Below, piece after piece: positions 52,601 to 61,958 of a DNA stretch of 64,000 bases. The stretch lies in assembly GCF_963521425.1 (NCBI RefSeq), contig NZ_CAUQUN010000005.1, positions 15,090 to 79,089 on the forward strand, given 5' to 3'. The translations under genes were made by a program, and so were the position numbers. Every line of letters starts with the position of its first letter. Position 1 is the first letter of the stretch. The notes beneath the pieces are model-generated. The model ran no database searches and had not been told where the DNA came from. It saw only the letters and a program-made list of their open reading frames with translations. Source of the stretch: an uncultured Granulicatella sp. GTDB lineage: Bacteria > Bacillota > Bacilli > Lactobacillales > Aerococcaceae.

Positions 52601-52801
52601 ATAATCTGCCAATACAAAAATATCGGCTGTATGATAGTTTTCCAAATATTGATGAACCGTCTCTTGAATATCCGGACCCGAAACTTTTAATCCCACTAAT
52701 GCAAATGAACCGAGCATCATTAAACATAAGATTGATAAAAATCTTCCCTTCGATTCCTTCAATGAAGAAAGAATCGCTTTATTCAATATTTTCTTTTTCA
52801 C
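49631..52801 (-). CDS. Large FtsX/MacB-like ABC permease with a coiled-coil insert
   Basis: Two FtsX halves (EERMNAGILKALG; ERIRELSTIKVLG), VDMLEALKSVD; GTG start after GAGGAG. Confidence 0.9.
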   Translation of the reverse strand: MKKKILNKAILSSLKESKGRFLSILCLMMLGSFALVGLKVSGPDIQETVHQYLENYHTADIFVLADYGLSPKDQEELQEENAEVEFGYFVDTVIEDSPKAIRVFSKTTQQSEVELVSGSYPSNLDEVVLDEQLSNRYQIGDSISLNEVKSPSLLKQHEFKIVGFAHSSEILSKNSKGVSTAGSGDLSGFAIVPQESFDSSVYTIARLRYLNLRSLKTFSQEYVDEVIGIQQSIEEKLSDNGTVRLNDLKEEADGKIQEGEEQISKAQNQLEEGKTKLEDGKQQVANQEGKLVQSQKELAQNQNSLNRGNQEIQQAKQSLQSQFELLEANREQLENSKQTLEQQNSALQEGKKKLAEAEKQFEFQKEKGIAQTALSAMQEKILQQKQELDAGTTAYEQGLTQYESGWASYQEGLKQYQEGLATIQAKQDTLETGQRALAEGKRQISAGEEAIAKAKQELIEKQDQYSEEKEKAEEKISQAETELEDAKVKASKLTKPRYSVYTRSTMLGSEGYLNMKSTADGIISVANLFPVVLYAVAALVTVTTMTRFVNEERMNAGILKALGYSTFDVMKKFAFYGFSAGMIGTVIGIGLGTYFLPSVLGVTLLKETILPSISLLFNLRITIVALLCSIGCSVIPPVWIAYRELKESSASLLLPKAPSMGSKVWLEYIPFIWKRFSFTQKVTARNIFRYKQRMLMTIFGVAGSVALLFAGRGILSSLSGISHRQFGEIITYDAIVVKEPVMTQKEQEALNQLLATKEIEHYSDVHSETIATKIAGVHEEQSLTLLVGEEAELSRYLQLYDAKTKQQKSLTNDGVFLSKKLAQLLNVHEGETVRLPIKDGVTKEMVVSGIIEMYAGHFMIMSPTVYETLAQETPTKNASFVSFKEKDADSVRKMSAQLLAQDGVKAVVQNTSMIHRIETIVGSLSRVMILLTIVSVLLAIVILYNLTTINVAERIRELSTIKVLGFLNREVTLYIYRETMVLSLIGIGVGLLLGKVLHRVIIEAVAPAFVRFNPQVGIDVYIWPCIFIVLILAVLGILVNHMLKKVDMLEALKSVD

Positions 52802-52814
52802 GATTCTTCTCCTC

Positions 52815-53519
52815 TCAATATTCCAATTCCTCAATCGCTTGCGGAGATTCATTTAATACGATACTTTTCACCCTAGCATCATGCATATGAATCACACGAT
52901 TCGCTAATGGTGCTAATGCCGTATTATGCGTAACGATAATAACAGTCGCTCCATAATCTCTCGACATTTCTTGTAAAATCTTCAATACTTGCTTGCCTGT
53001 TTGATAATCTAATGCCCCTGTTGGCTCATCACAGAGTAAAATCTTCGGCTTTTTCGCAATCGCTCTAGCAATCGATACCCTTTGTTGTTCTCCACCCGAT
53101 AATTGTGCAGGAAAATTATGAAGACGATGTCCTAATCCTACTGCTTCCAATGCTTCTTCTGAATCCCAAGCATCCTTCACAATTTCAGCAGCTAATTCTA
53201 CATTTTCTTTTGCCGTTAAATTTGGCACTAAATTATAAAATTGAAAAACAAATCCTACATCATCCCTACGATAATACGTTAATTGCTTTTCATCAAAGTT
53301 TGAAATATTGACACCATCAATCCATACTTCTCCCTCATCATTTGTATCCATCCCTCCTAAAATATTTAAGACGGTGGATTTTCCTGCTCCGGATGCTCCA
53401 AGAATAATCACGAATTCTCCTTTTTCGATGTCAAAATTCACATCATGATTGGCAATTATTTCTGTTTCTCCTACTTGATATCGTTTAAAACTATTTTTCA
53501 CTTGTATATATGTCATCAC
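52815..53519 (-). CDS. ABC transporter ATP-binding protein (LolD/MacB-like)
   Basis: [26 protein letters not shown]. Confidence 0.93.
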   Translation of the reverse strand: MMTYIQVKNSFKRYQVGETEIIANHDVNFDIEKGEFVIILGASGAGKSTVLNILGGMDTNDEGEVWIDGVNISNFDEKQLTYYRRDDVGFVFQFYNLVPNLTAKENVELAAEIVKDAWDSEEALEAVGLGHRLHNFPAQLSGGEQQRVSIARAIAKKPKILLCDEPTGALDYQTGKQVLKILQEMSRDYGATVIIVTHNTALAPLANRVIHMHDARVKSIVLNESPQAIEELEY

Positions 53520-53653
53520 TTTTCCCTCTAATCATTAAAGAAATCATGCGTTGATTGTTGTTTTTATTTACTATATAATAACATAAATTTCAATGTTTCA
53601 TTACAATCGGTATGTTGATTTAAAAAGAAATAGCCTATTAAAAAGGAGAACTT

Positions 53654-54067
53654 ATGAAAAAAGAAATTATGAAAGACCCATTTTTCTTATCACAAAAAGC
53701 AATCCCTGCTAATCCTATTACGGATAAACAAGTCATTATTGACTTACAAGATACTTTACGTGCCAATCGTGATCGTTGTGTCGGCTTAGCTGCGAATATG
53801 ATTGGAAGTCATAAAGCCATTATTATTGTTGCTGCTGGTCCATTTGACATCGTAATGGTAAATCCAGTTATTACTAAAAAATCTCAACCGTACCAAACGG
53901 AAGAAGGTTGCCTCTCTCATACAGGAATGAAGATCACCACTCGCTATCAAAAAATCGAAGTTCGCTATCAAGATACTATGGGGAAACCTCACACAGGGAC
54001 ATTTACAGAGTTTACGGCTCAAGTCATTCAACATGAGATTGATCATTTACAAGGAATATTAATTTAA
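53654..54067 (+). CDS. Short peptide deformylase paralogue
   Basis: CVGLAANM (variant motif 1), EGCLS, QHEIDHL. Confidence 0.85.
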   Translation: MKKEIMKDPFFLSQKAIPANPITDKQVIIDLQDTLRANRDRCVGLAANMIGSHKAIIIVAAGPFDIVMVNPVITKKSQPYQTEEGCLSHTGMKITTRYQKIEVRYQDTMGKPHTGTFTEFTAQVIQHEIDHLQGILI

Positions 54068-54138
54068 GCTTTCGAAGCTAAACATAAAACGAGCACCTCC
54101 TAAATTAGAAATGCTCGTTTTTCTATTCTTACTTTCTA

Positions 54139-55035
54139 TTAACGGACTACCGAACTTGCCATTCTTGCAACAGTATGTCTCATTCCTCGAATCGCAACGG
54201 ATAAAGCAAAGATATTATTCACATCGGCTAAACCGCCATAACCAGCATCTCCAATATGTTGAATATCTACCCCGCAAATTTTATTGCGAATAGCGATTTG
54301 TTCAATAACTTCCTTAGAAGAACCTTCTTGACTAGTTCCAATGGCAGATAACACAAGTGTTTCATGTTCATGAGCAAATTGGACAATATCAATCAATGCT
54401 TCTTCTGTAAATCCAGGAACTGTTCCTACTGCTGGAACCAATAAAATATCCGCTCCCGCTTCAATCAGTTCCTTTGCAATTGTTCGATTCATTACTGGTT
54501 CTTTTGAGCCTGCTCCATGCATTTTTCCAGCAATAATGACTCCTGTAAAATATTTTTTCGCTTTTTGAATCGCTTGAGCAATCGCTTGATTCGTCACTCC
54601 TGTACCAGGATTTCCTGTTAAACAAATAAAGTCTAATCCTAATGCTTCTGCTGACTTCAATGTTTCTTTCGAGCAAATTCTTCCTGCTGGAATGACTAGT
54701 CGAGTTTCTAACATTTCTGCTTCTAAATCGACTGGTTCTAAGTTTGCACCAATTGGACGTCCACATAATTCTTTTAATCGTTCAATTGGATTGGTGCTAC
54801 CTTCTACTCCATATAATTTTGGATTTAAACAATCAAATCCATTTAAAAGCATTAAGTCTCCCCCAAAAGCACTTGCAATTTCCGCATGTGTTAACTCCGG
54901 AATAATTGGACGATGACGAATGGCCATTTCACAACATACCGTTCTACCCTCACCTGCCTGAATAGCTAGTTTTAATTCTTCTGCAGAAAATTTTCTAAAA
55001 TCACTTGCCACACAGTTTAAAATTCGTTTTCCCAT
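54139..55035 (-). CDS. Conserved uncharacterised TIM-barrel-like protein (often labelled PEP-phosphonomutase-like)
   Basis: RPIGANLEP, LTGNPGTGV, AGKMHGAG, IGTSQEG, HIGDAG. Confidence 0.65.
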   Translation of the reverse strand: MGKRILNCVASDFRKFSAEELKLAIQAGEGRTVCCEMAIRHRPIIPELTHAEIASAFGGDLMLLNGFDCLNPKLYGVEGSTNPIERLKELCGRPIGANLEPVDLEAEMLETRLVIPAGRICSKETLKSAEALGLDFICLTGNPGTGVTNQAIAQAIQKAKKYFTGVIIAGKMHGAGSKEPVMNRTIAKELIEAGADILLVPAVGTVPGFTEEALIDIVQFAHEHETLVLSAIGTSQEGSSKEVIEQIAIRNKICGVDIQHIGDAGYGGLADVNNIFALSVAIRGMRHTVARMASSVVR

Positions 55036-55048
55036 TATAAAGTCCCCT

Positions 55049-55780
55049 TTATTTTAAAATAATAACTGCTTCTTTCATACTTTCTAAATGACACAAATCA
55101 TAGTCTCCGCTATCAGAATAGTGATAAGAAACTTCTCCATTCGTTGTCGTTGGATCCACTGCCCAAGCTTTAAAACTTCCATGAAGTTGTTCTAATCCTG
55201 TTTTTTCTAGAATTTCTGTTAAATTGTTAAGAGAAACGCCACATCCCCCTAAAAATTCGATTTGTTTTCCATATTGTTTTTGCCATTTAGCTAAATTCTC
55301 CAAGCCAGACATAATATTTTTTCCTTGTCCACTTGTTAAAATACGAGTACAACCTAATTCGATTAATGTTTCTAGTGTTTCTTCCGGATTTTTTACACAA
55401 TCAAAGGCACGGTGAACTACGCTATCTGCTCCGTATTCTTTACATAGCTCAATCATTTTCTTTGTCGCATCCCAATCCATGTTCCCTTCTGGAGTTAAGA
55501 AACCAAAAGCTAAACCTTTTGCGCCTGCTTCTAAGAAAATTTTCGCATCTTCAAACATCACTTCTTTTTCCAATTCGTTATAACAAAAACCAGCTCCTCT
55601 TGGTCGAACCATACAAATAATAGGAATATCAATTTTTTTAACAGCCTGAGTTAAAACAGCTAATGATGGGCTTAATCCTCCTAAATGTAATGCACTATTT
55701 AATTCAATTCGATTGGCTCCTGCAGCTTGAGCATTGATACAATCCTCAATACCTCCTGCACAAATTTCTAAAATTGTCAT
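55049..55780 (-). CDS. cutC: CutC family protein
   Basis: LEIC, RIELNSAL..GGLSPS, MVRPRGAGF, HRAFD, RILTSG. Confidence 0.9.
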   Translation of the reverse strand: MTILEICAGGIEDCINAQAAGANRIELNSALHLGGLSPSLAVLTQAVKKIDIPIICMVRPRGAGFCYNELEKEVMFEDAKIFLEAGAKGLAFGFLTPEGNMDWDATKKMIELCKEYGADSVVHRAFDCVKNPEETLETLIELGCTRILTSGQGKNIMSGLENLAKWQKQYGKQIEFLGGCGVSLNNLTEILEKTGLEQLHGSFKAWAVDPTTTNGEVSYHYSDSGDYDLCHLESMKEAVIILK

Positions 55781-56928
55781 CCTTTCCCTCCTTCTAATGA
55801 TATTGTTATGAAACTTAATTCATACAATGCTAATCCATAAATAATAGTATTCACTTTTAAATCTTCGATTCCTATCCACTCGTTTGGAAGATGAGCGATA
55901 TCTCTTTGCCCTGGAAAACTTGGTCCATAAGCAATAATATTTGGAATGATTTTGGCATAAGTTCCACCCGTTGTTGTTACAGGTGTTGCATTGCCATCGA
56001 CGACTTCTTGATAGACTTTTTGTAAAGTTTGCACATATTTTGAATCTTTATCATACAAAACTGGCTTCCATGAACTCATTTCTTCTAAACGACTTCCTTC
56101 TGGAATCTGTTTTCGAATATCCGATAATAATTGCTCTTTTGTCACAGAGGCAGGATAACACATCGTCCACTCCACAAAGTGTCTTCCTTCCTCTATTCCG
56201 ACAGTATATCCTCTCAATTGCATCATTCCAAAATCTTCATCAGAATAGTTGATTCCTAATTCTACTCCTTGATGAGCTGTATGAAGTAAGTACTGATTAA
56301 TAAAATCATATAATTCTGAAATCTGTTCTAAAGAAGTACTCAAGCGAACTTTCAATCGTCCTCTTTCTCCATAAACAACTGGCCATTTACAGTCTGGAGT
56401 CCATCCAAAAGTAGGTGGCTGTTCTTTTGTTAAATAATGTTTTACACAGCCAAATCCCGTTTCCTCATTTGTTCCAAATACAATTCGAATCGGACGGTCA
56501 AACTGAACTCCCTTTTCCTTCAATACATATAAGGCAAATAAATTCGACAAAATCGGTCCTTTATTATCTAACACTCCACGTCCAAAAATCTTCCCATCTC
56601 GCTTCGTTGCTTTTAACGCTGGACTTTCCCATCCTGTTCCTAATGGCATGACATCGACATGTCCAAAAATGCCATAATATTCCCCATCTGCTCGAGTATC
56701 TCCATATTGTGCATAGCCAATTTTATTGTCTAAATTTTTCGTTTCAAATCCTAATTCATCAGCGAGTGCTAATACTTCTAATAGAGCTTGTTTGGGGCCT
56801 TGTCCATAAGGAGCTTCTGGTAATGATTCTCCCCGAACACTTTCAATGGCGACTAATCGCTCGATAGCTTTATGCAATTCAGGTTGAATGTCTTCCAACG
56901 CTTTGACTAAATCCTCTCTTATTCCCAT
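55777..56928 (-). CDS. M20 (Sapep/PepV-like) metallo-dipeptidase
   Basis: GHVDVMP, GRGVLDNKGP, NEETG, PD, GGTYA, AHLPNE. Confidence 0.88.
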   Translation of the reverse strand: MGIREDLVKALEDIQPELHKAIERLVAIESVRGESLPEAPYGQGPKQALLEVLALADELGFETKNLDNKIGYAQYGDTRADGEYYGIFGHVDVMPLGTGWESPALKATKRDGKIFGRGVLDNKGPILSNLFALYVLKEKGVQFDRPIRIVFGTNEETGFGCVKHYLTKEQPPTFGWTPDCKWPVVYGERGRLKVRLSTSLEQISELYDFINQYLLHTAHQGVELGINYSDEDFGMMQLRGYTVGIEEGRHFVEWTMCYPASVTKEQLLSDIRKQIPEGSRLEEMSSWKPVLYDKDSKYVQTLQKVYQEVVDGNATPVTTTGGTYAKIIPNIIAYGPSFPGQRDIAHLPNEWIGIEDLKVNTIIYGLALYELSFITISLEGGKG

Positions 56929-57888
56929 TTACTTCACCTCGAGTGGTTTCATCCGTTCTCTTAAATACTCATCCAACCATTCTTGAGTGGCTTTTTCATG
57001 AAGCATTGTGCCATCTTCTTGTGGATGTACTCGGTAAACCGTTAATGCTTCTTTTTCTGTTGCTACTACAAAAGAGAAATTAGCAATATTTGTCGCTGCT
57101 CCCCATTCTCCTTTGTGATTCATCGCTACAACTGATAAATCTCCAGCATTTCCTCTTCGTTGGATTAATTTTTGAGATAAATTCTTCACAGCTGTTTCAC
57201 AGGCTTGTTGAGGGTGTATTCCTTGTTCCATTAATCGAACAATTTCGTAGGAAATAATTCCCTTCATCAAATCTTCCCCTAAACCTGTAGCAGTTGCTCC
57301 ACCAACTGTGCTATCCACATATAAACCAGAACCAATAAATGGAGAATCTCCTACACGTCCTCTTTTTTTCATAAATAGTCCACTTGTCGAAGTACCGGCA
57401 ACCATTTTCCCGGTTGTATCTAAGCTAACCATTCCAACGGTATCATGACCTGCATAAGGAACTAAAGATTCCGTTTGTAAATCTTTGACACGATTATGAT
57501 AATGAATTTTTGCGCGATTAGTTAACATATTTTTCCGTTCAAATCCTTGCTTTTGTGCATAAGCTTGAGCTCCAATTCCAACTAAAACATTATTCACCGA
57601 TTGCAAGCTCAATTGACGAGCCACTGAAATAGGGTTCGCCACATCTTGAATGGCACATACCGCTCCAAAATCAAGAGTTGTACCATCCATATAGGCTGCA
57701 TCTAATTCCACTTCCATCACTTCATTAGGAAGTCCTCCATAACCAACTGATTTATAATAAGGAAAGTCTTCAACTGCTTTAATCGCTAATTCAATCGCAT
57801 CTCCAGAAGATGCCTGTTGTTCTAATGTCTGCACAGCCTCTTGGACCCCTTCTAGCGCCATTCTCCAAGTGGCAATCATTCCCCACAT
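56929..57888 (-). CDS. N4-(beta-N-acetylglucosaminyl)-L-asparaginase (glycosylasparaginase)
   Basis: IATW, SVGYGGLPN, ELDAAYMDG, autoproteolytic HDTVG, GTSTSG..RVGDSP, TGLGE. Confidence 0.9.
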   Translation of the reverse strand: MWGMIATWRMALEGVQEAVQTLEQQASSGDAIELAIKAVEDFPYYKSVGYGGLPNEVMEVELDAAYMDGTTLDFGAVCAIQDVANPISVARQLSLQSVNNVLVGIGAQAYAQKQGFERKNMLTNRAKIHYHNRVKDLQTESLVPYAGHDTVGMVSLDTTGKMVAGTSTSGLFMKKRGRVGDSPFIGSGLYVDSTVGGATATGLGEDLMKGIISYEIVRLMEQGIHPQQACETAVKNLSQKLIQRRGNAGDLSVVAMNHKGEWGAATNIANFSFVVATEKEALTVYRVHPQEDGTMLHEKATQEWLDEYLRERMKPLEVK

Positions 57889-57890
57889 AG

Positions 57891-58982
57891 TCACTCCTCC
57901 ATTCCATATTGATAATTATATTCTAATATTTGATGGTATTTTTCCATCGTTAAATCTTCGCAAATCGCACACATTAATCGAAGAGTTGCATCAATATCTC
58001 CTAAATGCACAATACTTTGATGCGTATGCATATAACGAATTGGAATTGATAAAGTTGTCGCTAAAATTCCCGTTTCAGACTTATAAATATTGCCAGCATC
58101 TGTTCCACCCTTTGTAAAACAACCAATTTGATAAGGAATTTGATGTTTCTTACAAAGATTTTCCAAATAAATAAGCAACCCTCGATTCGTCACTGTCATA
58201 TTATCAATGGCAGTCAGCGAAACACCTTTTCCTAATTTCGTATGATTTTGATTAGCTGGAGTATCTCCTGCTAATGTTGTATCAACCGCAAAAGCCACTA
58301 AAGGCTTTTCTTGGAAAGCTGTCGTACGTGCACCCCTTAATCCAACTTCTTCTTGAATCGTTGTTGCTAATGTCACTCTTTTAGACATATTTTGATGTTC
58401 TAAAGCTTTCATAAGCCAAATTCCTAAAGAAACACTCACTCGATTATCGAGCGCTTTTCCAATCATATATTCCTGATTCAATCCAATCGTTTGGCAACTA
58501 CTCACTAAACTCACGACATCTCCTACTTCAATACCCATTTCTTGAATAGACTCTCGACTATCAACACCCAAATCGACAAATAAATTTTCCATTGCAACAA
58601 CTTTTTTACGAGCTTCTGGAGAAATCGCATGCGTTTGAGGCCCACCAATAATTCCCGTCCATTGTCGACCATCACTCGTTGTAATGGTCACTAATTGTTG
58701 TAATAGAGTATGCGCCCACATATTTCCGACAGGTTGAATCGATACATATCCTCTCTCATTAATCGAAGAAACAACAAATCCCACTTCATCCATATGAGTG
58801 GCAAACATAATGGAAAGGTCTCCCTCTCCTAACGAAAATAATCCTGAGCCTAATTTATCTTGTTCTTTCGTACAAAAAGGAAGTTGTTCTGACACAAATT
58901 GTAAAATTTTCTCTTCATGTCCTGACACACCTACAAGATTACTCAATGTCTTTAATAATTCTATTTGATGATTTTCTAACAT
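57891..58982 (-). CDS. M42 family aminopeptidase (intact active site)
   Basis: HMDEVG, KALDNR, QEEVGLRGA, AVD, GGTDAG, RYMH. Confidence 0.9.
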   Translation of the reverse strand: MLENHQIELLKTLSNLVGVSGHEEKILQFVSEQLPFCTKEQDKLGSGLFSLGEGDLSIMFATHMDEVGFVVSSINERGYVSIQPVGNMWAHTLLQQLVTITTSDGRQWTGIIGGPQTHAISPEARKKVVAMENLFVDLGVDSRESIQEMGIEVGDVVSLVSSCQTIGLNQEYMIGKALDNRVSVSLGIWLMKALEHQNMSKRVTLATTIQEEVGLRGARTTAFQEKPLVAFAVDTTLAGDTPANQNHTKLGKGVSLTAIDNMTVTNRGLLIYLENLCKKHQIPYQIGCFTKGGTDAGNIYKSETGILATTLSIPIRYMHTHQSIVHLGDIDATLRLMCAICEDLTMEKYHQILEYNYQYGMEE

Positions 58983-58986
58983 CGCT

Positions 58987-59967
58987 TCACCAACTTTCTT
59001 GGAAAGCAAGTTGCTGAACTTTTTGTAAAGTTAGATTTTCTAAAAATACTTGAAGCGTATGAATGACAGGTTTCAAATCTTCCTTATTCAATAATTGGAT
59101 AAATTCTCCTTCTTCTTTTAACGGAATCACAACAACAACCGTTGGGGTTCCTACTAGAGATTTATGAATAAATGATCCATCCGTCCCTTTTTCTTGGACA
59201 TTTGCCTTCACTTCGTATCCTAAACTTTGAGCAACTGTTTTGATTTCTTTCACTAACGAAACATTCGGTAATAATGTTTTATCAAAATAGCGAATATAAA
59301 CTGTTTGTTCTGCATAACCTCTAACGGGTGCTACATCTAATACAATCGATACATCAGGTAATATCGTATTTGTAGCAGTAATCGCTCCTCTATATCCCAC
59401 AATCGATTGAGCAATTCCTCCAATACTAAGTGTATACGGTAGAGAGGATATTGTTTCCATCAACTGATAGGCAGCATAAACTCCCGCTCGATTAGATATA
59501 TTTTTACTTAAAATCATTTGTTCCGTTTCAATAACTGGAATTTCTAATACAAAAGTATCTCCTACTTGAACCCCAAACTCTTCCACTTCTTGTAGCGATT
59601 TAGCGCCTATATGAATCCAATAGTGCTCTTGTTTTTGTAGGACATACCCATAGACTCGTTGATGATGTCGTGTTAACAGACAAACTTGTTGGTGAAGAAA
59701 ATCTTTTGGTAAAACATCACCAATCGTAACAAAAGACAATAATCCACTCTCATGAATATCGTCAATCATTCCTCCACATTCATCAATATTGGAACTAATC
59801 ATCACTTTAAAAGGACTATTCTCTACTTGTCTCTCTCCAAAAATCGAACCTAATTTATCTTTTTTCAAGTCTAAATTCAATTGTTGATATTCCCCAGACA
59901 AATATTGATGGACTTCATACTCGTCTCCAGAAACTCCAGGTAGACTACATAAGGTACTTAACTCCAC
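58987..59967 (-). CDS. M42 family peptidase homologue lacking metal ligands
   Basis: M42 fold motifs but SNIDE, NISNR, QSIVG and no terminal His; probable GTG start. Confidence 0.75.
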   Translation of the reverse strand: MELSTLCSLPGVSGDEYEVHQYLSGEYQQLNLDLKKDKLGSIFGERQVENSPFKVMISSNIDECGGMIDDIHESGLLSFVTIGDVLPKDFLHQQVCLLTRHHQRVYGYVLQKQEHYWIHIGAKSLQEVEEFGVQVGDTFVLEIPVIETEQMILSKNISNRAGVYAAYQLMETISSLPYTLSIGGIAQSIVGYRGAITATNTILPDVSIVLDVAPVRGYAEQTVYIRYFDKTLLPNVSLVKEIKTVAQSLGYEVKANVQEKGTDGSFIHKSLVGTPTVVVVIPLKEEGEFIQLLNKEDLKPVIHTLQVFLENLTLQKVQQLAFQESW

Positions 59968-59983
59968 TTCACTCGCTTCCTCT

Positions 59984-60487
59984 CTAACGATAAATCCGAT
60001 TTGAATCTTGTTGATCATGCGCAATAATGAGTGCAATGTCTTTCAACGCATCATTCAAACCAACTGCACCTTTTTTAGGCATTTCAATCATTGTCGTATG
60101 TTCCTTGAATTGTTGAATAATCTCTTCATTTTCTTTTGAACAAGCTACATACGTTTTACACTCCGTTTGGTGTTCAATAAAAGAGGCTACATTTGCTGCC
60201 ATCTCTGTAAATGTTTCATCATTAAAGCATGGACCCGCAAATAACACTTCTGCTTTTGTTTTCAAAATCAAATTATGAATTTTATGAAGCACTTCTTCCT
60301 TATGATTCGCAAAATAATCTGGACCGCAATAGACAGTCGCTAATACTTGTAAATTTTCTTTTAAAAAGTAATCTTTATACATTAAGTAGGAGCCAATTCC
60401 TCCTTTTTCTAACCCAAGAGGAGTATCTGCTCTTTCCTTTCCACCATAACCCGCTTGTATTTGATTCAAAAATAATATCACTCGCAT
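59984..60487 (-). CDS. Stand-alone GrdB/PrdB N-terminal-like protein
   Basis: LNQIQAGYGGKERAD, TVYCGPDYF, AGPCFN; no Sec-containing C-terminal half. Confidence 0.7.
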   Translation of the reverse strand: MRVILFLNQIQAGYGGKERADTPLGLEKGGIGSYLMYKDYFLKENLQVLATVYCGPDYFANHKEEVLHKIHNLILKTKAEVLFAGPCFNDETFTEMAANVASFIEHQTECKTYVACSKENEEIIQQFKEHTTMIEMPKKGAVGLNDALKDIALIIAHDQQDSNRIYR

Positions 60488-60502
60488 ATGCTTTCTCCCT
60501 TC

Positions 60503-60554
60503 AAAAAAAGTGGGAATAACAACAGAATTTCATTCATTTCTGTTGTCTTCCCAC
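60503..60554 (-). terminator. Intra-operon terminator-like hairpin
   Basis: GTGGGAAGACAACAGAA...TTCTGTTGTTATTCCCAC-TTTTTT on the minus strand. Confidence 0.6.
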
Positions 60555-60591
60555 CTCCACACGTTCAACTTTTCTATTTGTTTATTACTTT

Positions 60592-61947
60592 TTATAAATC
60601 ATCAAAACTTAAATCATCTAATGATAATTCATCTAATTCATCGCTTATTGACTTAGCAGCTTGATGTTCTTCATGAAGATATTGTTTATCAATCACTCTA
60701 AAGAATGGATAGTAAATAGCCATACCAATGATAATTAATACGATTTGGAACAATCCTGCTACAATACTTCCTGTGGCTAACCATCCAGAGAAGAAGAATG
60801 GTGTTGTCCAAGGAAGTGCTGCCCCTGTAGTATATGGAATCAATCCTATAAGAGTTGCAATAGTCGCTAAAATTGTATTCACTAATGGTGTTAAAATAAA
60901 TGGAATAACGATTAATGGATTTAATACAACTGGTAATCCAAAAATAATCATTTCGTTAATCCCAAAAATACCAGGAACAATGGCTAAACGTCCTAATTTT
61001 TTCATACGTTCTGATTTTCCAAAGAATACCATTAAGAAAACAAGTGACAATGTACTACCGCCACCACCAAAGTTTCCAAAGAAATCTCCGAATGGACCTG
61101 TAAAGATATTAGGAAGTGTTGCTCCTTGTTTAAAGGCTTCTAAGTTTTCTGCTGTTAAAGCTAAATGAATTGGATTAAATACCGTATTCGTTACAGCAGG
61201 CCCATTAATACCAAAGAACCAGAATAAAGTAGATAAGAACTGATAAATTGGTTCAAAAATCAAGCTTTGTCCGAATCCCATTAATGGTGCTTGTAAAATT
61301 TTATAAATAAAGTTATGAGCGTATTGATAATCTGTTGCTGAGAATACTAAATACACTACAAAGAAGAAGAACATTGCAAATGCACTTGGAATTAATGCTG
61401 CAAATGATTGAGTAACAGCTGGCGGAACACCGTCAGGCATTTTAATAACCCAACCTTTGTTTTTAACCGTTACAAAAATTTTTACAGAAATAATAGCTGT
61501 TAACATCGCCAAAAACATTCCAGCTGACCCCAAATGTCCTAATGCAAACCCATTAAAAGCTTTACCATTCGCTGCATTTACGAAATCAGAATGAACTTTT
61601 GGTGTAATAATAAGGAAACAAACTAGAGCAACAGCCCCACCCGCAATTGGATCACTTTCTAATTGACGAGCATAAGCGTAACCAATCCCTACAGCTCCTA
61701 ATAGTCCTAAAACACTAAATGTTGAATCAATGACAGCATCCATTTTACTTGGCCAACCTTGACCAAAAAATTGAGCTAAGAAATCAACATACCCGGGTAT
61801 TGGAAAATTCGCAATGACAAGGAAAATAGAAGCCACAATAATTAATGGTGTGGATACTAAGAAACCATCACGAATTGCAATTAAGACTTTATTATTGCCT
61901 AATTTTTCCGCGGAACTTCCCATTATTCTTTCTAACGAAGCAAACAT
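60592..61947 (-). CDS. PTS Lac/Cel family IIC
   Basis: AIRDGF, IKMPDGVPPAV..SF, FGGGGSTL, GIFGINE. Confidence 0.92.
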   Translation of the reverse strand: MFASLERIMGSSAEKLGNNKVLIAIRDGFLVSTPLIIVASIFLVIANFPIPGYVDFLAQFFGQGWPSKMDAVIDSTFSVLGLLGAVGIGYAYARQLESDPIAGGAVALVCFLIITPKVHSDFVNAANGKAFNGFALGHLGSAGMFLAMLTAIISVKIFVTVKNKGWVIKMPDGVPPAVTQSFAALIPSAFAMFFFFVVYLVFSATDYQYAHNFIYKILQAPLMGFGQSLIFEPIYQFLSTLFWFFGINGPAVTNTVFNPIHLALTAENLEAFKQGATLPNIFTGPFGDFFGNFGGGGSTLSLVFLMVFFGKSERMKKLGRLAIVPGIFGINEMIIFGLPVVLNPLIVIPFILTPLVNTILATIATLIGLIPYTTGAALPWTTPFFFSGWLATGSIVAGLFQIVLIIIGMAIYYPFFRVIDKQYLHEEHQAAKSISDELDELSLDDLSFDDL

Positions 61948-61958
61948 AACAATTCCTC

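Noticed and set aside
59984..60487. Selenoprotein by stop-codon read-through
   Set aside because: The stop is TAG, the next gene follows at once, and there is no GrdB C-terminal continuation.
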